Source: a virus
Taxonomy: Duplodnaviria > Caudoviricetes
IMG/VR virus record: IMGVR_UViG_3300048838_000123
Location: 1 to 55,043 of that record
Length of the DNA stretch: 55,043 nt
Strand: one strand, 5' to 3'
Within the stretch, counting starts at the first letter, position 1, and each line of letters starts with the position of its first letter. This document shows positions 54,856-55,043 of this stretch, one piece after another. The notes under the pieces are model-generated. The model saw only the letters and a program-made list of their open reading frames with translations, was not told where the DNA came from and did no database searches. The translations under genes were made by a program, and so were the position numbers.

Positions 54856-55043
54856 CTCGATGGGCCACCAGTCGCCGCCGCCACGAAGCTGGTGTAGTCG
54901 CTGGCGGTCTTGATGCAGATGTATTGTACGTATACGACTAGATCGTTTGCATCTAGCTGTGCATCTGGATCGGCTTCAAGCATCGACGCACGGAACGCAG
55001 CCACTTCGGCCTTCTCGTCGTCCGTTAGCCGATGCTTGACACC
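54756..55043 (-). CDS. Tail assembly chaperone, C-terminal part (continues from 379..1)
   Basis: In frame with ATG 379 across the 127-bp overlap. Confidence 0.8.
   Translation of the reverse strand, partial: GVKHRLTDDEKAEVAAFRASMLEADPDAQLDANDLVVYVQYICIKTASDYTSFVAAATGGPSSPKSPSSSTNGKSEQTASTSGTILSDDPASPTR
54917..55043. repeat. Terminal direct repeat copy 2
   Basis: Identical to 1-127. Confidence 0.97.

Noticed and set aside
54917-55043. 127-bp terminal repeat as a biological DTR
   Set aside because: The length equals a common assembler k-mer and it falls mid-gene, so it is an assembly overlap and not a packaging terminus
1-55043. tRNA genes, DGR/reverse transcriptase, alternative genetic code
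   Set aside because: No cloverleaf or RT motifs were seen by eye, and genes are full length under code 11 with all three stop codons used

Overview
This window is a complete, circularly closed genome of a GC-rich tailed (siphovirus-type) phage. Bases 1-127 are identical to 54917-55043, giving a unit length of 54,916 bp. The host is inferred to be Chloroflexota from an EAD7-like domain, a Y-x-P-hydrophobic-R secretion-type motif and the endolysin architecture. I found no integrase, CI-like repressor, tRNA or CRISPR array. The minus-strand late operon runs from 20.5 kb down through the origin to 47.8 kb: TerS, TerL, lysis cassette, portal fused to an HK97-gp10-like domain, S78 protease, scaffold, capsid, glycosyltransferases, tail genes with a -1 frameshifted chaperone, TMP, Dit, Tal and an O-methyltransferase. 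A 22.5-30.4 kb accessory array of small genes is driven by repeated promoter modules. The plus-strand arm carries FtsK, RuvC-like, SNF2, Cas4-like, Sak4, SSB, primase-helicase, a full 7-deazaguanine DNA-modification cluster and a UDG-PolA fusion. Best leads: (1) a tandem DpdA/TGT-like pair whose second copy has lost all three conserved Asp residues, next to an atypical amidotransferase and a QueE with a degenerate LAGLIDADG-like insert; (2) a membrane-anchored EAD7 (Death-like) adaptor inside the lysis cassette; (3) two families of phased-repeat promoters, many giving leaderless mRNAs; (4) an FtsK plus membrane-protein pair with GAA-repeat tracts, resembling TraB/clt; (5) in-frame recoded DNA islands in head genes. 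All family calls come from motif recognition by eye and no database search was run.
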